A stretch of DNA of 41,344 bases from a virus (IMGVR_UViG_3300035676_000021:1-41344), one strand, 5' to 3'. Shown: positions 21,601 through 29,855, counted from the first letter of the stretch. Numbers and translations are program-made. The notes: generated by a model from the sequence alone, not told the origin.

Positions 21601-22741
21601 TTGTAATTCCAGTAACAAGAAGTTTATCTATAACAGAGACATTTACAATTTCTCTAGTTATACTAGCAAATCCTACAGTTGCAATACCAATATATGCTTC
21701 TCTAATAGTAGCAAATCCTACAGTTGCAATACCAATATATGCTTCACTTATGGTAGCAAATCCTACAGTAGAGAACCCTACTATTTCTTGAGTAATGCTA
21801 GCAAATCCTACAGTTGCAATACCAATATATGCTTCACTTATAGTAGCAAATCCTACAGTAGAGAACCCTACTATTTCCTGTCCAATACTACCAAATCCTA
21901 CTGTTGCAATACCAATGTATGCTTCACTGATAGTAGCAAATCCTACTGTTGAAAACCCTACTATTTCTTGAGTGATGCTGGCAAATCCTACTGTTGCAAT
22001 ACCAATGTATGCTTCACTGATAGTAGCAAATCCAACTGTTGAAAATCCTACTATTTCTTGTCCAATACTTGCAAACCCTACTGTTGCAATACCAATATAT
22101 GCTTCACTAATGGTAGCAAACCCTACTGTTGCAATACCAACATATGCCTCACTAATGGTTGCAAATCCTAAGACTCTTAAATCATTAGTAATATCTACAC
22201 TAAAATCTGGACTATCATTATTAACACCGACATATCCAAGTGAATTAATTACTACTTTGTTTCCATTGTCCTTAGCAACAATTTCAACATCACGTTGGGG
22301 ATAAGTTGTACGAATACCTATATACCCATCATTTGTAATAACAAAAGAATCTGTAGTATAAGTTCCAACAAAATGGAATTTTTGAATCGGATCTAGCAGA
22401 CCAATCCCCAAAGATCCAAGTCCAGTAATTACTACTGGATTTCCACTAGAACTATTTACTTGAAAACTTTGAGCTGGGGATGTTGTCCCAATACCGATAC
22501 TATCAGATACAATAGCAGTTCCAACAACATCCAATCTTTGTACTGGATTATCTGTACCAATTCCAGCTAGTTTATCTACTAAAATATTATCAGAAGTTTT
22601 TACATCACCCTGAACATCTAATGTATATTCAGCTGTTGATTTACCAATAGATACTCTCTGATCTTGTACACTTGCATAAAAGGTATCTGTTCCTACCCCT
22701 AACCCAGTTTTAACTTTAAAAAAGGTATCTTGTGATGGCAT
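18692..22741 (-). CDS. Large virion structural protein (1349 aa): GIGT repeats, 15-aa repeats, beta-helix and two phycobiliprotein-like helical domains
   Basis: ORF track; C-terminal half paralogous to 3916-5784; duplicated FIDAA.LL..NKDFIA.E.VGFIT.TDGP...C.RD domain. Confidence 0.85.
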   Translation of the reverse strand: MPSQDTFFKVKTGLGVGTDTFYASVQDQRVSIGKSTAEYTLDVQGDVKTSDNILVDKLAGIGTDNPVQRLDVVGTAIVSDSIGIGTTSPAQSFQVNSSSGNPVVITGLGSLGIGLLDPIQKFHFVGTYTTDSFVITNDGYIGIRTTYPQRDVEIVAKDNGNKVVINSLGYVGVNNDSPDFSVDITNDLRVLGFATISEAYVGIATVGFATISEAYIGIATVGFASIGQEIVGFSTVGFATISEAYIGIATVGFASITQEIVGFSTVGFATISEAYIGIATVGFGSIGQEIVGFSTVGFATISEAYIGIATVGFASITQEIVGFSTVGFATISEAYIGIATVGFATIREAYIGIATVGFASITREIVNVSVIDKLLVTGITTTALLDVGIGATLVKVASLGITSVSSLIGEHVKNIHPIVGINTTVPTRTLDVAGDLRVRGEVIDSRNNVGFAYSVLASAAPGISGRFIDAANLLIRNKDFIAEEVVGFITATDGPFGNVGGNDLSTIFDYGTVGVSTGRAKCKRDIKLIIDAIAFDISRGGNSGSVGAGISYRDGNNNLQYLNDHPSTALLLGNGYVETATIAGISSIAFLSRYVVNNSPIPVSHQSGLSTITQLIDTEIAPDGDSNTNPNGCANVVSAIYSCVGIITSIIGIGTQAAPQINYPSGQLVWQPPGPRIGNEWFVNKLGSDSNGGTGPGDAFLTIKKAASIAQPGDTIKVYAGLYVEDGPIKLNERVAVVGEDLRRTLVTTKDKTDLYYVKRGCYISQQSFIGPSNPGRAMVSFPTQGYGYADGTEQNWQSPYVQNCTNFVPDSIGMRIDGNRAGGFKSMVLDAYTQYNQGGIGVSITNFGYAQLVSLFTICCDTAVYCDSGGVCDLNNSNCSFGNFALVSNGATPLQYTGEVVSAPTGDNVDSLVINVGMGASSEFIDAASLLRSNKDFIASEAVGFITSTDGPYAGFGSYFDYGGSPIGRDICRRDSKIIVEALASDLLNLSNINSIESGLAYRDSVDGSLTYLPETSPPPVGFNTGYVKDGEISLINYISGISTYIIQNLDVPVSYQTGVGTFTQYKDGSKTYSPLANPFITSRSGIITSIIGIGTIATPERILPKGQRPYDGQIAVIDTQYYFVNRIEIDNPGSGYDPNIPVEIIIDLPPNSDFFIPAEAAIFESNVSAAGTISSVEILVSGTGYDINNPPTVTISPPPGVGVAATGHAVLEKYFFRPTSSTQVSAGGTTTVTFDEFITYAPQIGVGSTVYFYQSSKIIASSITFEYVGTGINIVNAIPSKGAVPITENQIVATNGGAVPFTSTDQGGNFRISEGITINQNTGTISGQAFSKSLQAEVTPLIIALQS
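21656..22150 (-). repeat. 11 x 45-bp (15-aa) tandem repeat EAYIGIATVGFA(T/S)I / QEIVGFSTVGFATIS
   Basis: Counted directly from the translation. Confidence 0.9.
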
Positions 22742-22760
22742 TGGGTTCCACTATCCCCCT
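22740..22760 (-). promoter_or_regulatory. 21-nt leader motif (copy 2)
   Basis: Identical to 18266-18286; its last 2 nt are the AT of the ATG. Confidence 0.75.
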
Positions 22761-22771
22761 GTTTATAAGAT

Positions 22772-22779
22772 TATTTATA
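22772..22779 (-). promoter_or_regulatory. Late promoter TATAAATA
   Basis: Exact consensus, overlapping the stop of 22775-27916. Confidence 0.8.
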
Positions 22780-25700
22780 GAACTCTCATAATATAGGCTA
22801 GTGCATAATATGGTGGCATATTTTCATGAGCAGTTCCTGATCCTTCTGAATTAATTGTATAGGATGTAGTAATGGTATGAGTATGAGCACCAGCTGAATT
22901 AATTGAAATTCCAGTAGTGTTTGGTCCGGTATTTGCATTATTGTCTATATTTCTAGAATAATTTACATTGTCAGTTCCAGCATCGTTTCCTTGACCATTA
23001 ACTCTAGTATATTGATGGCTGTGACCTGGATCAGTAATGGTGTGAGTATGAGCACCTTGACTATCTGTAGTAGCAGTAGATGTTCCACCTCCACCATGAT
23101 CATGTGCAGGCATATTTGCAGTAGTTAAGGATACTGTTTCAGATCCACCAGTGGAACCAACTCCCAGTGCTCCCCCCACAGAAATAACAAATCTATTGGA
23201 CAGATTTGGAGTTCCATTTGAACCATTGCAAAGTGCCCATCCTGAAGGGATAGTTGCAATGCTTCCTGACCACATAATAATACCACCTAATGGTATTGTT
23301 CCATTTCCAACAAAAACTGGTGCAGTTATAGTATTGCCAACTCCCAATGCACCTCCAACATCCAAACCACCAGAAATATTTGTATTACCTTGAATGGTTA
23401 AATCACTGGTTATGGTTGCAACACCTACAGTAAGATCTTTTAAAACTGTAGTAGCAGTAGATCCATCAATTCTCTTATTGACAGTTAAAGAATTTACAGT
23501 CAGATTATCAAAGAAAGATGTCTCATCTTCTGGTTCCTCAACAAGTGCTAATTCTTCTCCAGTTGTAGCATCATATTTTTTACGACCAATGAAAAATTCA
23601 CCATTACTATTCATTCCAGTATAAACTACCAATCCACCATGAGTTGGTAATGCCTGAGAAATTAAAGTTTCATCTGAATTTAAAACTCTATCCTGATTAG
23701 ATGGCATACCAGTGGAATAGTTTCCTGGACCAAATCCAGTATATTCAAAAGTATGACCTGATGCTCTCAGGATTGAATTTCTTCTAAGTTCAATAGGATA
23801 GACCTTAATCTTTCTGATTGCAGAATTTTGAGCATGAGCTGCTGCTTTTGTTGCAAGGACTCCTCTAATAACACTGACATTTGTTCCAGAAACTCTGGTT
23901 ATTAAGAGTATTTCATCCTCAATTTGAATAAAATCTCCTTTGTAAAGTCCTGCTGAACTATTGGCATTTAAATTTGCAAGTTTTGCAGTGAAAGATCCAG
24001 AAGAAGCAGTAATTGCTGAATCAATTCTTGCTTTAAATCCAGTAACTACTGAGAATTGTCTGGTTCCTAAGTTTTCATTGGTTGAATTTGTGTCCTTTGG
24101 ATAGGATGTTAATCCAGAACTAAAGACTGAGGTGGCTCCTAATGCATTTCCAGAAACTCTAAATGTAGTATTTGAGGTAACTTCAACAACCACAAACTCA
24201 GAAGAATTACCTTCAAATAAAACTTTACTTCCTACTAAGAATGGATTTTGGTATTCTGTAGTAATTGTAGTGCTCTCTGTTGGAGCATCATAACTGACAA
24301 CACTAACAGTATAGACAGGAAGTTCTGGAATTACTACTCCATTAGATGGAGATTCATCTCTCCCTGAAGCGTTATCATAAATTATACTATTACTTGTAAC
24401 TGCAATAATTCTGAATATTCCATTATTTTCTGGATAAGTGCATCCAAGAACTTGAACAACACCATAATTTTCAGAAAGAACATTTCCAACAACACATGTA
24501 GTTTGAGATGTACTTCCTGGGATTCCATTTACACTCAAGATATCAGAAACTGAATATCCAGATCCTGGATTTGAAATTACAATAGAAGAAACTTCTCCTG
24601 ATGAATTTATGGTAACAATTGCAGTTGCACTTTGACCATTTCCTGAATTTGAGCATAATGGGATGTCATAATAAACCCCTTGGACATATCCACTTCCACT
24701 AGTAATGGAAGTTATTTGTCTAATTCCACCAACTTGGTGATTTGTTTTTGTAACTAATGTGCAAGTATCCCCAGATTTTGTAATAAAATCAACTTCTACA
24801 CCACCACCAAAATCTTTCAAGTATTGCAGTAAAGTTTCTTTGGTTGTACTAAACCTAGAATCATTTACATTAACTTTACCAATAAGTTGCCTTGATGCTG
24901 TGGAAACAGTTGGGTCTGCATCAGAAACAACATTATCTACATCACTATTTGGGTAAATATTGTCTAGATTTTGTGATAACTTATAATTTTTTATATTGAA
25001 TGGAGATTCCAATGGAACATTTTTGAATACATTCAAATATGCATGATAGATTCCATCAGAAGCACCTTGAACATATTTTTGAATTGTTTTTACTTTGTAT
25101 ACTTGGAAATCATTACTTACTTCTTCACAAGTAAAATATGGAAGATTGTCTCTGTTGGAAGAATCTATTGTATATGGGGGAATTCTATATGTGGATGAGT
25201 CACAATTTCTTTGACTCATCCAAGATTCTGTTGATGTGGAAGCAGTTACTGAAATTGTTCCTGGAGATCTTGGTATAACATAAGTAAATTGAAGGTCACT
25301 AGCAACTGAAGAAACTTCAAATTGTCCATTATATCCAACTCCTGTTCCCAATCCTACTGGATTTGGTTCATTAGAACTTTTAAGATTATAAATGTTTACT
25401 TTATTGCCAACTTTTAATTCATGTGGTTTTTTGGTAACTATGTTAACTGTAGTTGTTATTCCTGATGTAGTTGTCCAAGCATCAATAATAACTCCAGGAT
25501 TTCTTATGATTTCAATTTCATCTTGATCACTGTCACTAAGATTAACACTATCTGGTTGAGAATATATTGAATCTAAGGAAGATGATGATTTTTGAATGAT
25601 GAATCCTGGGGATGGTGCAGATGCATTAGCAGATTCTTTTGGTATTACAATTCTTGCTCTATAGACTTTATCATCCAGAGATCTGCCATCAATTTTTCTT

Positions 25701-27916
25701 TTAATGTAAAATAATGGAGTTTCTAATGGATTTAAACTAGAAATAAATGCAGTTGCTGTTTGTACTTTTACATACCAATTATTATTAGTACTGTCCCACT
25801 GAAATGGACTTCCAGGATCTCCTGGTTGACAATCCACAACTCTACTTACAATTCTTAAATTATCTTCAACTGTATTTCCTTTATCATTCTTGAGGTTAAC
25901 TATAGTTGATCCAGATACATTTTCTGATAATTGCAATGTATTGGAAGTAACATTTTGCGCATAATAAACTCTTTCATATTCAACACCATCTGGCAAAATT
26001 GCATTTCCAGAAATTACTCTTACTGCTTGACCATTTACTATATCAGCAATAGTACTTTCTACAGTGATAATTTTTGTATTTGGATCTATAGAGTCAATAT
26101 TATAAGAAACTTCATAATTTGGAGAAATTGTAGCAGGGGAAGCATATCCAGAATAATAAAGTCCATCAGCATCTCTAGCACCAATAGTATATCCTCTTAT
26201 GGATTTCTTGGGTGGAGTGAATAAATCAGTATAACCTTTTAAATATATTCTAGTATTTGAATTCGATGAAGCAAGAGTTTGAGTGAGATCTGAATCAATA
26301 TTAAAACAGTTAATATTATCTTCTACACCATCAATATCTTTTGGTGGAATAATATGTGTAATAAAGGAATGGTTATCCTTAGGAAGTTGATATTCTTTGA
26401 AACCAACTGACTGTAAAGATACCGCACCAAAGTTGCTATTTGAATTAGTAATACTCTGGTCTCCACCAGATTCTGCTACAAATTGCTTAGCATATCCAAT
26501 AGCAAATATTGAAACACATTGAATAAATGAATCATTGGATGCTTTAATGTGGAAATTTTCCCAAGTTGGTCTGTATAAAGAAGTAGAATCTTGGTGTAGA
26601 GTTACTGTAGATCCCCATCCAGTTTGAGTTTTATAAGTTCCACTGATTGAATCATATTTTACAAATGCTCTATTATCTTTTTGTAGGGAAATACCTGTAA
26701 ATTGTGCAGTTACTATGCTCTTAAATCCAGTTGCCTTTGATCCATCAGCATGAAGACCATTCATGCCATAAACTGACTTTAAGCTGCAGTTGAAAATGTA
26801 TGGGGAACTTGATGATACAGTATCTGATAATACTTTAACTGTTGATCCAGTTACAGTTGGAGATGCTGCACTTGGTGCAGTGGGTACTAGATATGTAAAT
26901 TGAGTTGTACTAATAACCTGTGCAACTACAAAAGATCCATTGAATTCTTGCTGTACTTGCTCTGTTGCATTAACAGCAACTCCTGAAATTTGAATAGGAG
27001 TAAGTGGACTTAATCCATGCTCTTCTTCAGTTGTTACAGTAATAGTTTTAGAAGCAGTTGATCCATCTCCAGATATTAACTGCTCAATATTGATAAATCC
27101 TTGACCAAGATCACCTACAATCTTGTTTTCTTCTGGATTTGGTGCTAAGTTTGTAAAATTATCTGGACTAATTATACGTCCAGAATATGTTCCATATGCA
27201 ATGCTTACTTTATAGTAATAATTCTGTAAATCTGTTAGTGGTGAATTTGATAAAACATTTTTACCATCTGCATATTCAAAAGCAGTTAATTTATGGTGAG
27301 AATATGTTGGATTTACTGTATTTGAACTGTATGTATTGTAAACAGATCCTACAGGATTTCCATCAAAAATAGTAAATCCAAAAATATATGAACTTCCAGT
27401 TACCTTGAAAATAGCAGTTCTTCCAATATTATCATTAATTGGATCTGGAACAAATTTTGGTCTTATTTTAGTTTTTCTTAAATCTGTTGCAACTAAAGAT
27501 ACACCTTTTGGAATAATAACACCACCACTGGCACTATTATACTTGTAAAGGTCATTTGATGAACTATTAATATCAAAATTGGAGGATATACTTAATTCAG
27601 ATAATCCTCCTACTATAGTGTTATTGTTAATATCCTTAAAAACTGATCCAGTATAGTAATATCCAGGTCTGTTATCAATATAATGAGTTCCTGGAGCAAT
27701 TAAAATTGTGGTCTGATCAAATAGATCATTATTTGATCCTGCAACATATGAAAATCTTGCTGCCTCAATTAATGCTCTCTGAATAGTTTTAAAAGGTCTG
27801 GTTCTAGAATTACCTCTATTTTCAATAGAATCAGTTGAATCCAATTCATTTGGATCTACATATAATGTATTACCATTAAGATTTTTCAGAAAATTTTCTA
27901 ATCTAGCTAAAGGCAT
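22775..27916 (-). CDS. Large virion fibre protein (1713 aa) with beta-helix and C-terminal tail-collar/HxH tip
   Basis: MPLARLENFLKN start typical of cyanomyovirus structural proteins; SPYIFNCSL; collar motif IPLGGIIMWSG...GWALCNGSNGTPNL; HDH/HTH/HSH/HTH; HENMPPYYAL end. Confidence 0.85.
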   Translation of the reverse strand: MPLARLENFLKNLNGNTLYVDPNELDSTDSIENRGNSRTRPFKTIQRALIEAARFSYVAGSNNDLFDQTTILIAPGTHYIDNRPGYYYTGSVFKDINNNTIVGGLSELSISSNFDINSSSNDLYKYNSASGGVIIPKGVSLVATDLRKTKIRPKFVPDPINDNIGRTAIFKVTGSSYIFGFTIFDGNPVGSVYNTYSSNTVNPTYSHHKLTAFEYADGKNVLSNSPLTDLQNYYYKVSIAYGTYSGRIISPDNFTNLAPNPEENKIVGDLGQGFINIEQLISGDGSTASKTITVTTEEEHGLSPLTPIQISGVAVNATEQVQQEFNGSFVVAQVISTTQFTYLVPTAPSAASPTVTGSTVKVLSDTVSSSSPYIFNCSLKSVYGMNGLHADGSKATGFKSIVTAQFTGISLQKDNRAFVKYDSISGTYKTQTGWGSTVTLHQDSTSLYRPTWENFHIKASNDSFIQCVSIFAIGYAKQFVAESGGDQSITNSNSNFGAVSLQSVGFKEYQLPKDNHSFITHIIPPKDIDGVEDNINCFNIDSDLTQTLASSNSNTRIYLKGYTDLFTPPKKSIRGYTIGARDADGLYYSGYASPATISPNYEVSYNIDSIDPNTKIITVESTIADIVNGQAVRVISGNAILPDGVEYERVYYAQNVTSNTLQLSENVSGSTIVNLKNDKGNTVEDNLRIVSRVVDCQPGDPGSPFQWDSTNNNWYVKVQTATAFISSLNPLETPLFYIKRKIDGRSLDDKVYRARIVIPKESANASAPSPGFIIQKSSSSLDSIYSQPDSVNLSDSDQDEIEIIRNPGVIIDAWTTTSGITTTVNIVTKKPHELKVGNKVNIYNLKSSNEPNPVGLGTGVGYNGQFEVSSVASDLQFTYVIPRSPGTISVTASTSTESWMSQRNCDSSTYRIPPYTIDSSNRDNLPYFTCEEVSNDFQVYKVKTIQKYVQGASDGIYHAYLNVFKNVPLESPFNIKNYKLSQNLDNIYPNSDVDNVVSDADPTVSTASRQLIGKVNVNDSRFSTTKETLLQYLKDFGGGVEVDFITKSGDTCTLVTKTNHQVGGIRQITSITSGSGYVQGVYYDIPLCSNSGNGQSATAIVTINSSGEVSSIVISNPGSGYSVSDILSVNGIPGSTSQTTCVVGNVLSENYGVVQVLGCTYPENNGIFRIIAVTSNSIIYDNASGRDESPSNGVVIPELPVYTVSVVSYDAPTESTTITTEYQNPFLVGSKVLFEGNSSEFVVVEVTSNTTFRVSGNALGATSVFSSGLTSYPKDTNSTNENLGTRQFSVVTGFKARIDSAITASSGSFTAKLANLNANSSAGLYKGDFIQIEDEILLITRVSGTNVSVIRGVLATKAAAHAQNSAIRKIKVYPIELRRNSILRASGHTFEYTGFGPGNYSTGMPSNQDRVLNSDETLISQALPTHGGLVVYTGMNSNGEFFIGRKKYDATTGEELALVEEPEDETSFFDNLTVNSLTVNKRIDGSTATTVLKDLTVGVATITSDLTIQGNTNISGGLDVGGALGVGNTITAPVFVGNGTIPLGGIIMWSGSIATIPSGWALCNGSNGTPNLSNRFVISVGGALGVGSTGGSETVSLTTANMPAHDHGGGGTSTATTDSQGAHTHTITDPGHSHQYTRVNGQGNDAGTDNVNYSRNIDNNANTGPNTTGISINSAGAHTHTITTSYTINSEGSGTAHENMPPYYALAYIMRVL

Positions 27917-27948
27917 TTCAGATTATCCTTCTTTTGGTTTTTCTTCTG

Positions 27949-27970
27949 TCTTATTTATCAATAAATAAGA
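27949..27970. promoter_or_regulatory. Back-to-back divergent late promoters (TCTTATTTAT-CA-ATAAATAAGA)
   Basis: 10-bp perfect inverted repeat giving ATAAATA on each strand between divergent genes. Confidence 0.75.
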
Positions 27971-27995
27971 TTATTAATAATATACTTCTTGAATA

Positions 27996-28733
27996 ATGGC
28001 GATTAGCACTTCATCACAAAATTTGATAGATTTTTACAATCAAAAAATACTGTTAGATCAACAACAATTGTCTCAATTGAAGATAGTATCAGATGATGGA
28101 TATGAAACTAGAACAGGTATTGGAACAACTGAAAAAGTTAAAATATGGAGTGTTAAAGAAATACTTGAAAGTATGAGTGATATAATTGAACCATTAGACT
28201 CTCAAATAGTTTCAGTTAATAATGATATTAAAGGATTGCAAACTTTAGTGCTATCTACAGCACAACAAGCTATTGCTGTTGGATGTGGAACAGGGACATA
28301 TGTACCAGGATTTACTACAGTTACTGTGTACCATGATGTAGTAAAATATGAAGGATATGATTACAGTGGACAAAATCCATTTAATGCAGATAATGGACAA
28401 ATAAACAACAATAATGTTGGTCTTGGAACATACAACTATGTGACTCAAGTTGCCATAGGCACTTATTATGGACCAATCAATCTTTGTAATCCAGAGGCCT
28501 TCTCATGCAACAGTACTAATTGTCAAAACTTTTCAAATACCATAGATAATTTAAACATAGAAATTAATTCACTAAGATCTGATAGAAATGCCATAATTTC
28601 TGATGTTAATGTGTTGAAGGAAGAAAGGATAAAGTATGAATTGCAAGATTATGCATACAGAAGGTCTAGACAGAATTTAAATCAATCAATAGCAAGTAGC
28701 AAATCAATAATAAATTTTCTAGGTCAGTACTAA
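27996..28733 (+). CDS. Coiled-coil late protein, probably virion-associated
   Basis: ORF track; own late promoter; two coiled-coil segments flank a Cys-containing beta region. Confidence 0.75.
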   Translation: MAISTSSQNLIDFYNQKILLDQQQLSQLKIVSDDGYETRTGIGTTEKVKIWSVKEILESMSDIIEPLDSQIVSVNNDIKGLQTLVLSTAQQAIAVGCGTGTYVPGFTTVTVYHDVVKYEGYDYSGQNPFNADNGQINNNNVGLGTYNYVTQVAIGTYYGPINLCNPEAFSCNSTNCQNFSNTIDNLNIEINSLRSDRNAIISDVNVLKEERIKYELQDYAYRRSRQNLNQSIASSKSIINFLGQY

Positions 28734-28770
28734 AAACCCTACAGGCAATTTTTACCTGGAGATTTTTTTG

Positions 28771-28793
28771 GACCTTTTTTGGAATAAAAGGTC
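28771..28793. terminator. Hairpin GACCTTTT-N7-AAAAGGTC between convergent transcripts
   Basis: 8-bp inverted repeat with A/T tracts on both sides. Confidence 0.5.
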
Positions 28794-28803
28794 AATTTTG
28801 AAA

Positions 28804-28876
28804 TACCCGTGAGTGGATTCGAACCACCCCTTGAGAGATTTTAAGTCTCTTGCCTCTTCCGCTGGGCTACACGGGC
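28804..28876 (-). tRNA. trnL: tRNA-Leu(UAA), 73 nt, CCA not encoded
   Basis: Folds as GCCCGTG/CACGGGT acceptor, AGAGA-CTTAAAA-TCTCT anticodon arm and GGTGG-TTCGAAT-CCACT T arm; discriminator A. Confidence 0.92.
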
Positions 28877-28923
28877 ATTGGGGAGAGAATTTCTTCTCTC
28901 CAGCACTTCCTTCACACCAAAAT

Positions 28924-28952
28924 ATTATAGCACATAGATTTTACTCTGTCAA
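28924..28952 (-). promoter_or_regulatory. Perfect sigma70 promoter TTGACA-N17-TATAAT with extended -10, driving the tRNA
   Basis: TTGACA GAGTAAAATCTATGTGC TATAAT on the minus strand. Confidence 0.9.
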
Positions 28953-29119
28953 CCATCATAAACCAACTCCCCACGAAGTTCTGCAAGTTTAGCTTGAGCA
29001 AATGCTTCTACACAAGTCCAATATGTTTCTCCACTTACAAAATTATTGTCAGTGAAATAAGAAGCAGCATCTTCTTGAATTCCTTTCAGTTCTTCCAGTT
29101 GGTCACGATGGATATGCAT
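28949..29119 (-). CDS. Small hypothetical protein (56 aa; not in ORF track)
   Basis: MHIHRDQLEELKGIQEDAASYFTDNNFVSGETYWTCVEAFAQAKLAELRGELVYDG; has its own upstream promoter. Confidence 0.75.
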   Translation of the reverse strand: MHIHRDQLEELKGIQEDAASYFTDNNFVSGETYWTCVEAFAQAKLAELRGELVYDG

Positions 29120-29147
29120 GTTGGTATGGGGGGTTGCTTACTTATCC

Positions 29148-29202
29148 AGTATAGCATCAAGGGCAACACTCTGCAAGTTTAGTGGACAGTTGTGAAACTG
29201 TC
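29148..29202 (-). promoter_or_regulatory. Early-type promoter TTGCAG-N17-TATACT with upstream inverted repeat GACAGTT-N4-AACTGTC
   Basis: 17-nt spacer, TGn extended -10, palindrome at 29185-29202. Confidence 0.6.
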
Positions 29203-29855
29203 TCTTTGAGATCATTGATTTGCTCTTGCTGTTCTTTGATTGCTTCAACCAGAACTGCAACTAGATTGCCATACTCAATAGTTTTTAATTGTTGACCTTC
29301 AATTGTTTCTGTAACTATTACTTCAGGGACAATTTGTTCAACTTCTTGAGCAATTAATCCAATAGCAGATTCTTGAGAAGAAGATTTTCTTGGGACAATA
29401 TCAGAATTCCAATTAAAAGATACTCCTCTTAAATTTAATACTTTATCTAGAGAATTTTCTAATTTAGTTATATTCAATTTTGCTTTCTGATCTGATGGAC
29501 ATGGAGCACATATAGTAGATCCATTGTATACCCAATTCCCAGATAAATTTCCAGCAACTGAATTAAGTGTTGCTGAAAGTGCAGAGGTATTAAATTCTGG
29601 TTGTGCATCTATTTGACCACCTACAGCTGTTTGAGCACCTATTCTACTAAAAAACCCTGTTATGTTTTGAAGTCCAAGTCCATTATACAATCCAATTTGA
29701 TTGTGCATACCTTGGAAATTAGATACTCCCCAATTTTGTGCAGAAAATATTGCTTGGGGGTCTATGCTTGGCCACAATTCAACTCCAGCAATAGGAGGAG
29801 ATACTGCTTCTCCACATTGAATTGATTGAGTTTCTACAGAAGTGATATATGCCAT
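29157..29855 (-). CDS. Spike/fibre protein with Peptidase S74 intramolecular chaperone
   Basis: SDQKAK..I..L...L.KV..LRGVSFNW...GLIAQEVE...PEV...YGNLVAVLVEAIKEQQ coiled coil. Confidence 0.85.
   Translation of the reverse strand: MAYITSVETQSIQCGEAVSPPIAGVELWPSIDPQAIFSAQNWGVSNFQGMHNQIGLYNGLGLQNITGFFSRIGAQTAVGGQIDAQPEFNTSALSATLNSVAGNLSGNWVYNGSTICAPCPSDQKAKLNITKLENSLDKVLNLRGVSFNWNSDIVPRKSSSQESAIGLIAQEVEQIVPEVIVTETIEGQQLKTIEYGNLVAVLVEAIKEQQEQINDLKETVSQLSTKLAECCP

Noticed and set aside
21656-22150. Possible CRISPR array
   Set aside because: In-frame coding repeats without unique spacers, and no cas genes.
1-27916. Diversity-generating retroelement or invertase-based fibre switching
   Set aside because: No reverse transcriptase or recombinase seen, and no adenine-specific TR/VR pair or inverted cassette noticed by eye.
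28804-28876. tRNA as a prophage attachment site
   Set aside because: No integrase, duplicated tRNA end or host genes; phage structural genes lie on both sides.
28994-29182. 62-aa plus-strand ORF
   Set aside because: Antisense to the better-supported 56-aa minus-strand gene, which has its own promoter.
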